DNA of 64,000 nt from Deltaproteobacteria bacterium (GCA_009692615.1 SHYW01000007.1:245-64244); one strand, 5' to 3'. Shown: positions 49,624 to 59,681, counted from the stretch's first letter. The notes: generated by a model not told the origin, from the letters alone. A program made the numbers and translations.

Positions 49624-50589
49624 ATGGCTAATCGCACGATCTCAATCGGTATGCGCGACTACGATCATTGCCGGGCCTTGGCCAACGGTAAAGTTAAAAT
49701 CGACGGCGTCGATCCGAAGTTCATCAACATCTCGCCGCCGTCGCAAATTTTTCTGCGCATGCTCAACGACGAAGAGTTCGACGTTTCGGAAATGTCGCTG
49801 TCCAATTTCATGATCGCCATCGGCAAGGGCGACCGGCGCTTCGTTGCGCTGCCGATCTTTCCATCGCGGGTATTTCGTCATTCTTATATTTGGATCAACA
49901 CTAAAGCCGGCATCGCCAAACCGGCGGATCTCAAAGGCAAGAAAGTCGGCATCGCCGATTATTCCATGACCGCGCTGCTATTCGTGCGCGGCCTGTTGCA
50001 GCATGAGTACGGCGTCAAGCCCGAAGACATTCACTGGTTTCGCCGCCGCTCCGAACATGTCGCCATCGATATGCCGCCGGGCATTCGCATCGACAGCATC
50101 GCCAAGGATCAAAACCTCGACGATCTGCTCGAAGCCGGCGAACTCGACGCCGTCGCCGTGACTTCACCGCCGCGCGCTTTTCTAAAAAATTCCCCGCTGG
50201 TCGCTCGGCTGTTTCCCTACTGCCGCGCCGTCGAAGCGAACTATTACCGGCGGACACAAATTTATCCGATCATGCACATGACCGTCATGCGCCGGGCGAT
50301 TTACGAGCAAGACCCGTCATTGGCCGTGCGTTTGTCGCAAGGGTTCCAAGACGCCAAGGCGCTGGCTTTCGAAGATTATGAAGAAGGTTTGGCTTCGCTG
50401 CCCTGGGTGAATCTGGATTTGGAATACGCACGCCAAGTCCTCGGCCCAGACGTTCATCCCTACGGCATCAAGAACAACGCCGCCACCTTGGAAGCCGCCA
50501 CGCTCTATTCCCATGAGCAGGGATTGACGAAAATTAAATTCGCCGTCAACGAACTGTTCGCAGCGGAGACCCTGGGGCTTTTCGCCTAA
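49624..50589 (+). CDS. 4,5-dihydroxyphthalate decarboxylase-like protein (PBP2 fold, cytoplasmic)
   Basis: YDH.RAL..G.V.IDG, EFDVSEMSLS, PIFPSRVFRHS and IYPIMH; start 49624 with GGAGG RBS. Confidence 0.85.
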   Translation: MANRTISIGMRDYDHCRALANGKVKIDGVDPKFINISPPSQIFLRMLNDEEFDVSEMSLSNFMIAIGKGDRRFVALPIFPSRVFRHSYIWINTKAGIAKPADLKGKKVGIADYSMTALLFVRGLLQHEYGVKPEDIHWFRRRSEHVAIDMPPGIRIDSIAKDQNLDDLLEAGELDAVAVTSPPRAFLKNSPLVARLFPYCRAVEANYYRRTQIYPIMHMTVMRRAIYEQDPSLAVRLSQGFQDAKALAFEDYEEGLASLPWVNLDLEYARQVLGPDVHPYGIKNNAATLEAATLYSHEQGLTKIKFAVNELFAAETLGLFA

Positions 50590-50618
50590 GAATCGACTCG
50601 GAGAACTCTGCTCCTATT

Positions 50619-50700
50619 CCGTCATACCGGCGTAGGCCGGTATCCAGGTGGGGTGGTTCATAACCATTAAGATGGATGCCGGCCTGCGCCGGCATGACGG
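50619..50700. repeat. CGTC-type REP inverted pair between convergent genes
   Basis: CCGTCATACCGGCGTAGGCCGGTATCCA...TGGATGCCGGCCTGCGCCGGCATGACGG. Confidence 0.85.
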
Positions 50701-50729
50701 ACTTAGGTCTTTTGTTTAAGCGGTGCCAG

Positions 50730-51743
50730 CTATCTGATTTTCTTGCGCAGCTCGGCCAAGAAGCCGCTCGATTCCAATTGCCGCGTAAAACTCGCGTCGA
50801 TCACTTGATCGAGATCGACCTGGGTGATTTTCGGGTTGATGCGCGCCACCAGGCGCTGCACCGATTTGAAAGCGGCGACGTTGGGCGCCAGATCGAGCGT
50901 CGTCATCTTGCGCAACACTTTGTACGATCCTTCGATGACGTCGCTACGGCTCAGGCGCAGATTGCGCTGCAAAACTTTGGCGACATCGGTCTTGTTGTTG
51001 TCGTCGAGGATGTAAGCGACCGCCTCGGCCAACCCTTTTAGCACGCGCAGATAAAATTCGTTGCGGCTGGCGACGGATTCTTTCAGCCCGCAAATTTCCG
51101 GCCCCTGGTAGGGAGCGGAAATCTCGGCCGCATCGACCAACGATTTGAATCCCTGCGGGTACAAAATCTCGCTCAAACCGTAGGTGATCACGCCGAAGTC
51201 GATGTTGTTGGTGATCATCGCCTGGGCCAGAGTCGCTTCGTCGCCGATGACGCGCACTTTGATGCCGTATTTATCGGGATCGACGCCGAGGTGATCGAGG
51301 ATAATCATCGTTTGCAGCCACAAACCGCCGCCGATACTTTGCACGCCGACGGTTTTGCCGCGCAAATCTTCGGCGCTCTTGAGCTCTTTGCGCACCATCA
51401 GGTTGCGCGGAATTTTATTCACCGGTCCGCCGATGCAGGTGAGCTTGATGCCGCCGGATACGGTGCTCAAGATCGTCGACTGCGCCGGCCACACCGCTTC
51501 GACTTCTTTGGCGACTAAAGTCGCGATGCTCAAGGCGCCGTTACGCACCTGAACCATTTGCGCGTCGATGCCGTATTTTTTGAACATGCCGCGCTCGATG
51601 CCGACCCACATGGAAGTCGCGGTTTCGTTGAAGCCGCCGTAGGAAACCCGAAACCGTTCTTGCGCAAATGTGGGTGAAATACAAAATTGGCCGAGCGCGA
51701 TCAGCGTACAAGCGAGAATCGTTGTCGATAGGCGAATGCTCAT
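50730..51743 (-). CDS. ABC substrate-binding protein, NMT1/SsuA-like, orphan
   Basis: Start moved to MSIRLST (51743); GMFKKYGIDA and DLRGKTVGVQSIGGG. Confidence 0.85.
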   Translation of the reverse strand: MSIRLSTTILACTLIALGQFCISPTFAQERFRVSYGGFNETATSMWVGIERGMFKKYGIDAQMVQVRNGALSIATLVAKEVEAVWPAQSTILSTVSGGIKLTCIGGPVNKIPRNLMVRKELKSAEDLRGKTVGVQSIGGGLWLQTMIILDHLGVDPDKYGIKVRVIGDEATLAQAMITNNIDFGVITYGLSEILYPQGFKSLVDAAEISAPYQGPEICGLKESVASRNEFYLRVLKGLAEAVAYILDDNNKTDVAKVLQRNLRLSRSDVIEGSYKVLRKMTTLDLAPNVAAFKSVQRLVARINPKITQVDLDQVIDASFTRQLESSGFLAELRKKIR

Positions 51744-51745
51744 GG

Positions 51746-52495
51746 TCAATCCTTTCGGCGCCCCATCCGCAAACTCTCCAGCAACGAACCGTAACCCGGC
51801 TGACAGTCGAAAATCTTCAGCGCTTTGAGCGCGCCCCAGATCATCGCCGCCGGCGCCGCGATCACCGCCATGCCGGTATCGGCTTCCAGCGGTGCGATGA
51901 TATCCACCGACGGCCAACGCGGGCAGGCGATATAGATCGCATCGGCGTCAGGATGTTGCTTGGCTAAATCCCGCGCGAGCGTGAACGCCGCGTCCGGCGA
52001 CTGGCTGGCGAAATCGATATTTTTCGTCAAGCCCAAACCTTTGGTCGCCGGCACTTGAAACTGATTCGCTGCGAGAAAGTTTTTGATTTCCTGATTGCGT
52101 GCCTCGATGAACGGACTGACCACCAGCACCGAACGCGCCCCCAGCGTGCGCAGTCCGTCAATAACCACGCCGTTGGCCGTGACTACCGGCAATTGAGTTT
52201 CACGACGCAACAGCTCGGTCAGCTCGGCGTCGCCCGCTGCGCCTTTGGACAACGCCACCGGCGCACCGCCGCAAATCAGCACGTCGACTTTCTCCGCGGC
52301 CAATCTCTTGCCGGCTTCGACCAGGCGGTCAAACGCCGCCGCAGCCTGCTCCGCGCCGAGAGTCTGAATTGGCTCGCTGATGGTTAATCCGACGTGCAAC
52401 ACGCCCACCGGCAAGAGCTTGCGCATCTCCTCGCCCGAAGTATCCAATATCGCCGGCGCGATATGACCGATCCGCGCCCGCCAACCATAACGCAT
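51746..52495 (-). CDS. Asp/Glu racemase - maleate isomerase - arylmalonate decarboxylase family protein
   Basis: YGWRARIGHIAP, VSPF and DADAIYIACP. Confidence 0.82.
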   Translation of the reverse strand: MRYGWRARIGHIAPAILDTSGEEMRKLLPVGVLHVGLTISEPIQTLGAEQAAAAFDRLVEAGKRLAAEKVDVLICGGAPVALSKGAAGDAELTELLRRETQLPVVTANGVVIDGLRTLGARSVLVVSPFIEARNQEIKNFLAANQFQVPATKGLGLTKNIDFASQSPDAAFTLARDLAKQHPDADAIYIACPRWPSVDIIAPLEADTGMAVIAAPAAMIWGALKALKIFDCQPGYGSLLESLRMGRRKD

Positions 52496-52606
52496 AAGTT
52501 CGCCCTCGTTTTGCTAAGTCAGTGATTGATCCGCGCACCGACAACCAGCTGCGACCCTAACAAAGCCGTCGCCTCGCTGTCAATTCGATGAGCCATAGCG
52601 TTGATC

Positions 52607-52897
52607 CGCGGCGCAACCGCAGCCAAGTGGAAAGCGTCTTTCACCACAAAGTGTTTCGTATGCTTACCCACACCTACGGACACTCAAGAGAGCGAAACCC
52701 GTAGGATGTGGTGAGTCCGCGAACCGCATCGAGCGAGTGCGACTTACCAACGATGCGGTTCCCTTTGGTCACCGCATCCTACAAAACAATGCCCGTTTTT
52801 TCGAAGGAGAGCATGCAGGGTTATTGCCGGCGCGAAAAATCTTTCGCCCCTACCTCGGTCATCCGAACCTTCGTGCCATTGGTGTCTTCGTGGGGAG
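52607..52897. repeat. Cluster of REP-like elements including a GTAG inverted pair
   Basis: GTAGGATGTGGTGAGTCCGCGAACCGCATCG...CGATGCGGTTCCCTTTGGTCACCGCATCCTAC (52701-52782); GGCGCGAAAAATCTTTCGCCCCTAC; TCCGAACCTTCGTG..CTTCGTGG; 52607-52651 resembles 2667-2711. Confidence 0.78.
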
Positions 52898-52955
52898 AAC
52901 GGATTTTCCTGCCAAGTAAATCAATTTCACCGGCGGACAATTCCTCGCAACCGCC

Positions 52956-52991
52956 AAAAAAAAGGCCCGTGTCGTTGGACACGGGCCTTTT
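52956..52991 (-). terminator. Rho-independent (probably bidirectional) terminator downstream of pal
   Basis: A8-GGCCCGTGTC-GTTG-GACACGGGCC-TTTT. Confidence 0.85.
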
Positions 52992-53025
52992 GCTCGTCGC
53001 GATTTGCGATTTTGAATTTCTGAGT

Positions 53026-53607
53026 CTACTTGGCTGCGCCAATGACGAAGCGCGCGCGCCGGTTCTTGGCCCAGCACTCTTCGTTCTTTTCCTTACAGAC
53101 GGGAATTTCTTGACCGTAGCTCACGGTCGACATCCGGTTGGCGGCTACGCCGAGCGTCGCCAGATAATCTAGCGCGGCTTGGGCCCGCTTGGCGCCCAGC
53201 GCCATATTGTATTCCGCCGTGCCGCGCTCGTCGCAGTGGCCTTCGATCTGAATGCGCGCCGTGGCATTGGACTTGAGCCAATCGGCATTGGCCTTCAACG
53301 TCGCCCGCGCCGCTTCCGAGAGCGCCACGCTGTCAAATGAGAAATTGACATCCTTCATCGGCCCCGCGGTTGCCGCTTCGCCCTTGCGCAGCGCGTCGAG
53401 GCTCGTTGTCGTGCCTGGATCGGGTTTCGGCGGTGCCGGTGGTTTCGGTGCTTCCGGTTTGGCCGCCGCCGCGCCGGATGAAGCGCTCAGATTTTCCGCC
53501 GTCCACGTCGGTGCCGGCGGATTGGCCGGACTGGTGCAGGAAAATAGAAATCCCAATGCGAGTAACTTGACTGCCGCTAGATAAATGCTTTTTTGCTCCC
53601 TCATCAC
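53026..53607 (-). CDS. pal: Peptidoglycan-associated lipoprotein Pal
   Basis: Lipobox FLFS-C, Pro-rich linker, IEGHCDERGTAEYNMALGAKRA, SYGQE and NRRA. Confidence 0.92.
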   Translation of the reverse strand: MMREQKSIYLAAVKLLALGFLFSCTSPANPPAPTWTAENLSASSGAAAAKPEAPKPPAPPKPDPGTTTSLDALRKGEAATAGPMKDVNFSFDSVALSEAARATLKANADWLKSNATARIQIEGHCDERGTAEYNMALGAKRAQAALDYLATLGVAANRMSTVSYGQEIPVCKEKNEECWAKNRRARFVIGAAK

Positions 53608-53768
53608 TCCCCCTTTTCAGTTCCGTCACGAACTGTTTTCAATGTAACGATTGTGAAGCATCCCACTCACGCTGTCAACGTTTTTTGCCCAGAATCGCTC
53701 GTCTGAGCATGCAAAATCCGGTCGCGGCTTACCAAATTTTGCATCAAGCTGTTCGCGGTCCTCTATTA

Positions 53769-54932
53769 TTAAGCTGTCGGCATTAGGCGCACACCGTAGA
53801 GTTTCGGCTGCGACACCAGCAGCCGGCGCCAGCTCCCGCCGGCGTCGTTGGTGGCGTAAACCGATCCATCTGTGTAGCCCACGCAGAGCGTGTCGGCGTC
53901 GCCGGGGTGCGTCGCAAAACCGCAGGTCATATGTTCCGTGCCGGCGGGCAAGCCATTGGTCAGCTTGTTCCAACTCTTGCCGCCGTCGTCGCTGCGCAGG
54001 ATCTGCGTCTTGGCACCGCCGGTTTCGGCCAAGCGGAGGTTGCTGAATTTAACTGTGTTGTAGGGTCCCGCGCGCACGGTGCGATAGCCCGCCCAGGTCG
54101 CCGGCCCGTTCTCCGCGGCGCCGAGAAAGATCCGCTCCGGCACCGACGAATGGTTGGCCATGGGAATCGCGTAGGCGCGCCCCATGCCGTATTCGCACTT
54201 GCGCCAAGATTTGCCGTCGTCGTCGGTCTGATAGGTGCCGATGCCGGTACTGGCGAACAGCGTGTCGAGTTTCGCCGGATGGCGCGTCACCCAATGGACG
54301 TCGCGGTACAAGCGCCCCTCTTCATGCTTGCCCATTTCGTAAGGCACGATGCCGGCGGGATCGTTGATTTTGGGAAACGCCGTCGGACTGGCCGGGCCGC
54401 TGATGTCTTCCCAAGTCGCGCCGCGGTCGCGGCTGCGCGCCACGCCGCCCTCTTCAATGCCGACGATGATTTCATCCGGCACCCGGGCGTCGAGCGCAAT
54501 CGAACGCACATGCGCCACATGCGCGCCAGGAGGAAAGGTCCACTTGTTGTAATCGGGCAGATCGCGAAACGATGCCAGCTCGCGAAACGACCGGCCGCCG
54601 TTATCGCTGGCGTAAATCGCCGCCGGCAGCGTGCCGACGTAAATCTCATCGGCCCGGGTCGGATGCACCGCCATGGTCCAAATATCGCGCCGCTCAATGC
54701 CGCCGGAGGGTAGCCACTTCCAGCTCGCGCCATCGTCTTCGCTGACGTGGATCTCGGTGAGCGTGGCGGCGTATAATTTTTTCGCATTGAACGGATCGCG
54801 CGCCACTTCGCGCACGGTCTCGCCATCCAAAGCGCTGTTGAGAATCTCGACGTTCTCAGTGCGCCCATCCCAACGGCACCGCAATAATTTCTCCGCGCCT
54901 AACAAATAGAGTTGCAGGTTTTCAGCTGTCAT
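53769..54932 (-). CDS. BNR/Asp-box (WD40/YVTN-like) beta-propeller protein, cytoplasmic
   Basis: Repeated SxDxGxxW boxes (SEDDGASW, SDNGGRSF, SRDRGATW, TDDDGKSW, SDDGGKSW, TNDAGGSW); no signal peptide; GGAGG RBS before 54932. Confidence 0.85.
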   Translation of the reverse strand: MTAENLQLYLLGAEKLLRCRWDGRTENVEILNSALDGETVREVARDPFNAKKLYAATLTEIHVSEDDGASWKWLPSGGIERRDIWTMAVHPTRADEIYVGTLPAAIYASDNGGRSFRELASFRDLPDYNKWTFPPGAHVAHVRSIALDARVPDEIIVGIEEGGVARSRDRGATWEDISGPASPTAFPKINDPAGIVPYEMGKHEEGRLYRDVHWVTRHPAKLDTLFASTGIGTYQTDDDGKSWRKCEYGMGRAYAIPMANHSSVPERIFLGAAENGPATWAGYRTVRAGPYNTVKFSNLRLAETGGAKTQILRSDDGGKSWNKLTNGLPAGTEHMTCGFATHPGDADTLCVGYTDGSVYATNDAGGSWRRLLVSQPKLYGVRLMPTA

Positions 54933-55056
54933 TGCCAACCTCCGCGCTCATTGATTTGAATTGAATATACGCACGCTAAGCAAATCGCTGCGCGCCGTCA
55001 AGCCGCCCTACGAATTCGCTGGATATTCATGCCGCTTTTGAACTAGATTGAGCGCC

Positions 55057-55932
55057 ATGCGAGTCGTTCAACCACCCAAGCAAAATCCCCACAAGCCAAA
55101 GTATAAACTGCCCACTGGCGCCTGCGATACCCACTTGCATGTCTACGGTCCCTTCGACCGTTATCCGCTTGTCGCCGGGCGCGGCTACGATCCCGATCCC
55201 CACTCGACCCTCGATGATTATCTTCGAACTCACGCCGCCGTCGGACTGGAGCGCGCCGTGATCGTCACCGGCAGCGGCAACGGCACGAACAATCGCATCA
55301 CGCTGGATGCTTTGAAGCGCATGCATGGCAGCTTCAAAGCGGTGGCGCTGCTCAATCCGGCGGTCACCGACGGCGAGTTAATCGAACTCAAAGACGGCGG
55401 CTTCACCGGCTTCCGCATCAAGTCGCAAGGCCGCGGCGGTTTTTCTTACGAAGATGCCAAGCGGATCGTTGATAGAACCCAAGGCTTCGGCTGGCACATC
55501 GAGTTCACGCCACAGTCGGTGCTGGACGCCATCGCAGGCGTGCCGTTTCTGAACTCGCTAAAAGTACCTTATCTTTTCGACCACGTCGCCGAAGTCGAAC
55601 CGCATCATCGACGCGGCGATCAGGAGTTCGATGCGCTGCTGAAGATTTTACAAAACGAAGAAAACGCCTGGCTCAATCTTTACAGTTTCTATCAGCAGTC
55701 CGAAGTTGGACCGCCGAATTACGAAGATTTGCTCGACGTCGTCCAAGCGCTCATCGCCGTGCGCCCCGACCGCGTTGTTTGGGGCAGCAACTGGCCCCAC
55801 GCCAGTATCACGGTACCGACGCCCGACGAAGGCGACCTGCTCGATTTTCTGTTAGCAGCCGCGCCTGACGAAAAGTTACGCAACGCAATCCTCGCCGACA
55901 ACCCGGCGAAGCTCTACGGCTGGCCGAAATAA
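55057..55932 (+). CDS. Amidohydrolase, 2-pyrone-4,6-dicarboxylate lactonase (LigI)-like
   Basis: LPTGACDTHLHVYGP, LFDH, WGSNWPH and ILADNPAKLYG. Confidence 0.83.
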   Translation: MRVVQPPKQNPHKPKYKLPTGACDTHLHVYGPFDRYPLVAGRGYDPDPHSTLDDYLRTHAAVGLERAVIVTGSGNGTNNRITLDALKRMHGSFKAVALLNPAVTDGELIELKDGGFTGFRIKSQGRGGFSYEDAKRIVDRTQGFGWHIEFTPQSVLDAIAGVPFLNSLKVPYLFDHVAEVEPHHRRGDQEFDALLKILQNEENAWLNLYSFYQQSEVGPPNYEDLLDVVQALIAVRPDRVVWGSNWPHASITVPTPDEGDLLDFLLAAAPDEKLRNAILADNPAKLYGWPK

Positions 55933-55983
55933 TTTGGAATCTGGAATTTTGAATTTGGAGTTTTTTACTAAGGAGTAAAATTT

Positions 55984-56709
55984 ATGTACGGTTGGCGCGC
56001 CCGCATCGGTCACATCGCCCCCTCCCGCGGGGATACCTTGGTTTACGAATTTTACAAAATGTTTCCCGAAGGCTTCATGATGCTCAACACCACCGGCACC
56101 GTGCGCCAGCTGGTCGACAGCGACTTCGAAGCACAGCTCGGCCGCATCGAGGAATCGGCGCAAGATTTGGTCGACAACAATTGCGACTCGATCATCTTCA
56201 GCGGCTCGCCGCTGTTCACCCGGCTGCCCTTCGGCGCCGACCGCGAACTCGGCAAAAAACTCAGCGACAAATTCGGCGTCCCGGTGGCCGCTGGACTCAC
56301 CGCCGAAGTCGAAGCGTTGAAAGCGATGAACTGCAAAAAACTCGTCGTCGGCACGCCCTACGAAGAAGAAATCAACCAGCGCCTCAAGCGCCATCTAGAA
56401 CAATCTGGCTTCGAAGTCTTGCAGATCGCCGGTTACGGCGTGCGCAAAAATTCCCAGCTCACCGATCTGCCCGTCCACGCGTCCTACAAGATCGCCAAAA
56501 AACTCTACGCCAAAGCGCGCGACGCCGACGGGGTTTTCATCGCCTGTCCGCGCTGGCCGACGATCACCGATGTCGCCATGTTGGAAAGCGAAATCGGCAA
56601 GCCAGTGATCACCAGCAGCCTGGCTTGCAGCTGGTACGCCATGAAACTCATCGACATCAAGGAAACCGTCAAAGGCTTTGGCCGCTTGATGGAAAGTTTG
56701 GCAAGCTAG
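55984..56709 (+). CDS. Asp/Glu racemase - maleate isomerase - arylmalonate decarboxylase family protein
   Basis: YGWRARIGHIAPS, GTPY, DADGVFIACP and GKPVITS; AAGGAG RBS. Confidence 0.82.
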   Translation: MYGWRARIGHIAPSRGDTLVYEFYKMFPEGFMMLNTTGTVRQLVDSDFEAQLGRIEESAQDLVDNNCDSIIFSGSPLFTRLPFGADRELGKKLSDKFGVPVAAGLTAEVEALKAMNCKKLVVGTPYEEEINQRLKRHLEQSGFEVLQIAGYGVRKNSQLTDLPVHASYKIAKKLYAKARDADGVFIACPRWPTITDVAMLESEIGKPVITSSLACSWYAMKLIDIKETVKGFGRLMESLAS

Positions 56710-56793
56710 GGAGCCGCGAATCGAGCGGCGAACAAGAAATTTCTAGCGGTTCGCGCCTTCGATAGTCTAAAATAGGATCGATTGGAGGACGTT

Positions 56794-57285
56794 ATGAGTT
56801 GGATCAAAGCAGCTTTATTGGCAGGGCTTCTCAGTAACTTTTTGATGACCTTTGCCCCAGACGCGAGCGCCGCCGATCGCAAAAAAGATCGCCGCCGCGA
56901 CGCCAGTTGCCAGCGCGGCGATCGCTTGAACATCGAAGATCTCGACATGTCGCCCGACCCGGTGAGCGAGGGACAGCGGATTCGTTCTTGGAAAGTGCGC
57001 ATCCGTTTCGACGGCCGGCGCGACTGTGAAACCGAGGTCTACGTCCGCGAGGGCAACACCATCGCCGGCCACGCGCGGGATTACAAGATGCATCCCGGCG
57101 TCAACGAAATCGAGATTCCCGCAGCCCAGGGCTACCGCTTCAGCGGCCGCGAACATTGCTTCAATGTCCAAGTCGATCTCGACGGCACGCGCCAGCAGAT
57201 CGACGCCGCGCGCCGTTTCTGCGCCACCCAAAGATCGGCCTGGTCCATGCGCGAAGCCGACGACCGCGGCCGCGTTCCGCGCTAG
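56794..57285 (+). CDS. Hypothetical secreted protein (4 Cys, beta-rich)
   Basis: GGAGG RBS, signal peptide ending ASA, GC3-biased codons; no family recognised. Confidence 0.7.
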   Translation: MSWIKAALLAGLLSNFLMTFAPDASAADRKKDRRRDASCQRGDRLNIEDLDMSPDPVSEGQRIRSWKVRIRFDGRRDCETEVYVREGNTIAGHARDYKMHPGVNEIEIPAAQGYRFSGREHCFNVQVDLDGTRQQIDAARRFCATQRSAWSMREADDRGRVPR

Positions 57286-57289
57286 CGAG

Positions 57290-57403
57290 AGGGCGGGTTT
57301 CAAACCCGCCCTTTCAATTCCCATTTCTTTTTTTGCGTTTTTTGCGGCCAACTCTCCGAATCTGATTCCCCCACTCTGTGATCTCTGTGCCCTCTGTGGT
57401 GAA
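57290..57403. repeat. Three-part REP mosaic between convergent genes
   Basis: AGGGCGGGTTTCAAACCCGCCCT + TTTGCGTTTTTTGCGGCCAACTCTCCGAA + CTCTGTGATCTCTGTGCCCTCTGTGGTGAA. Confidence 0.8.
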
Positions 57404-57410
57404 TTCCCTC

Positions 57411-58541
57411 TTAGTCCCAAACCCGTCGCGCCGTTTCCAGCATGACATCGAGTTTGCGGAACTGTTCGTCTTCCGTAAGCAGATTACCGCGGATGCTCGA
57501 CGCGAAGCCGCATTGAGGGCTCAGCGCTAATTGTTCCAACGGTAAGAAGCGCGCCGCGTCGTCGATGCGCCGGCGCAGTTCATCGACGCTTTCCACCCGT
57601 CCGAGCTTCGTCGTGATCAAACCAAGTACGGCGATTTTTCCTTTCGGCACGAAACGCAGCGGCTCGAAGCCGCCGGCGCGTTCGGTGTCGTATTCTAGTA
57701 GAAGCCGTTGATGGTTGAGGCCGTTGAATAATTTTTCGGCGATGGCGTCGTACTTTCCCTCGCGGTGCCACATGCTTTGGCGGTTGCCGCGGCAGATGTG
57801 AATACCAAAGGTGACGTTGGGAAATCCGGCGATGACCTCGTTATCGGCGCGAATCGAGCGCTCCATCGTCGCCATCGGTTCTTCACCCCGCGCGCGCATC
57901 GCCGCGATGGAATTAGGATCGACGTACGCCGTGTAGCCCGGCCCGTCAATGCCGACATAGCGGCAACCCGCCTCGGCTAGCTCGCTGAGCATCTGCTTTT
58001 CAACCATGACGACATCGCCCAAAAATTCGTCGGTGTTCGCGTAGACCGAACGCGACGCCTCGGCATCGTAGCATTGTTGAATCCGGTCCGGACCGATCAA
58101 AGTGATTTTCACCGGCCGTTCGGTCAAGCTTTGAGTGAAACGAAAATCATCGACCAGCGAGTTGCGCAAAAGTTTCAAGCGCGCCGTGACCCGTTTACGA
58201 TTGAGTAAGATCGGATCGGTGCCTTTGTGGGTTTTAACTTGGCCATCGTCGGCGCGGGCGAGCATATCGTGATAGCTTTTCACCCCCGCCTGCCACTCTT
58301 CCACGCCGGCGACGACATTGAAGCTCTCCATGAAACTGGTGCGGCGAAACTCGCCGTCGACCACGATCGGCAAGTTGTGTGCGACCTGTTTAGCTACCAC
58401 ATCGCGAATCGCTTCGTCCTGTGAATTCTTTAAGTCCGCTTCGCTGGTCTTACCGTCGCCAAAGCTTGCGAACGCATCCTTCAGCCTCTGCGGCCGCAGC
58501 AAGCTGCCAACCAAATCCACCCGCATCGAATTGAGATTCAC
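57411..58541 (-). CDS. Cobalamin-independent methionine synthase II family protein (MetE C-terminal half only)
   Basis: VGSLLRP, DGEFRR, zinc ligands HICRGN, LLEYD and SPQCGFAS; start probably GTG 58541 (AAAGGA RBS). Confidence 0.88.
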   Translation of the reverse strand: MNLNSMRVDLVGSLLRPQRLKDAFASFGDGKTSEADLKNSQDEAIRDVVAKQVAHNLPIVVDGEFRRTSFMESFNVVAGVEEWQAGVKSYHDMLARADDGQVKTHKGTDPILLNRKRVTARLKLLRNSLVDDFRFTQSLTERPVKITLIGPDRIQQCYDAEASRSVYANTDEFLGDVVMVEKQMLSELAEAGCRYVGIDGPGYTAYVDPNSIAAMRARGEEPMATMERSIRADNEVIAGFPNVTFGIHICRGNRQSMWHREGKYDAIAEKLFNGLNHQRLLLEYDTERAGGFEPLRFVPKGKIAVLGLITTKLGRVESVDELRRRIDDAARFLPLEQLALSPQCGFASSIRGNLLTEDEQFRKLDVMLETARRVWD

Positions 58542-58694
58542 TAGTATGTTTCCTTTCGACTTGATTACGAAGGGCAGCTCCACAGGGTTACCCCGACAAT
58601 TCCGAAATCTTTTTTTGCGCTCTTTGCCCTCCCCGATTGCCCTGAGCGTGTCGAAGGGTGCGGCCAATTGCCTCTTCCGAATCCGAAAACGCCA

Positions 58695-59681
58695 TCAGCC
58701 GAGTTCCTTGATCGCCTGCTGCAAATAACTCTGATCGATATATTTTGCCGGGTCGGGCGGCGCGCCCTTCACCTGTTCGGCGTAAATCTGCATGGCGAAT
58801 TTCAAACCTTCGAGACCGATCTCCGCGTTGGGATGCCAGATGCGATTGGCCGTGTAATATTCCCAACCACGCCGCGCCAGCTCGGGTTTGAGCGGCATCT
58901 CCTTGGCGAGAAAATCGATCGCCGCTTCTTTGTTGGCATAAAGCCAGCGATGCATGCGCACCGTCGCTTTCAAGTAGCGCACCAGCAGCCCGCGGTTTTT
59001 CTCCGCCCAGCCGCGCTTCACCGTGAGCAGCGATAGTTGATAGTTGGGAATATAATCGCGAAAATATCCGAGCACATTGAAACCTTGCTGCTCGGCAGTG
59101 AAATCGAGGGGAACGACTAAATACGTCGCGCCCAATTGTCCCGAAGTCAGCGCCGCCAGATTGAAACTGCCGCCGCCCACCGCGAGCATTTTATAATCCG
59201 CCGGATAATTCAAACCGTTTTGTTTGAAGATTTTTTGCAGCACGTTGGCCGCGCCGGAAGTCAGGGCTTGCACGCCGACGGTGGCGCCGCGCAAATCTTT
59301 GAAGCTTTTGTAATTCTTCCCCGCGACGATCGCCTGTGTGAGCCCGTTAACAACGCCGCCCACGGCCAGCAAGTCCGCACCATTGGCTGCCGCCGCGATC
59401 ACCGCGTCGGCGGAACCTAACGCCAAGTTCACCGACTCGCTCACCAGCGCCGCGGTCGTGATCGGATTGCCGCGCAGCAAGATCGTCTGGACATCGAGCC
59501 CAACTTCATCGAAGAAGCCTTTTTTCACCCCGAGCCAAAACATATGGGTGCCGACCGTCTTGGTGCCGACGCCGACCGGGAATTTGAGTTTTTCCTGGGC
59601 TCCAGCGCCACTGCGCGCGCTCATGACGAGCAGGACAGACAGGCTGACGATCAGTCTAAAATAACTGCCAAATGTTTGCAT
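58695..59681 (-). CDS. ABC substrate-binding protein, NMT1/SsuA-like, orphan
   Basis: Signal peptide; KKGFFDEVGLDV and DLRGATVGV. Confidence 0.85.
   Translation of the reverse strand: MQTFGSYFRLIVSLSVLLVMSARSGAGAQEKLKFPVGVGTKTVGTHMFWLGVKKGFFDEVGLDVQTILLRGNPITTAALVSESVNLALGSADAVIAAAANGADLLAVGGVVNGLTQAIVAGKNYKSFKDLRGATVGVQALTSGAANVLQKIFKQNGLNYPADYKMLAVGGGSFNLAALTSGQLGATYLVVPLDFTAEQQGFNVLGYFRDYIPNYQLSLLTVKRGWAEKNRGLLVRYLKATVRMHRWLYANKEAAIDFLAKEMPLKPELARRGWEYYTANRIWHPNAEIGLEGLKFAMQIYAEQVKGAPPDPAKYIDQSYLQQAIKELG

Noticed and set aside
52708..53172. 154-aa ORF in the gap next to pal
   Set aside because: Composed of REP elements, the pal terminator and pal antisense sequence; no protein-like features.
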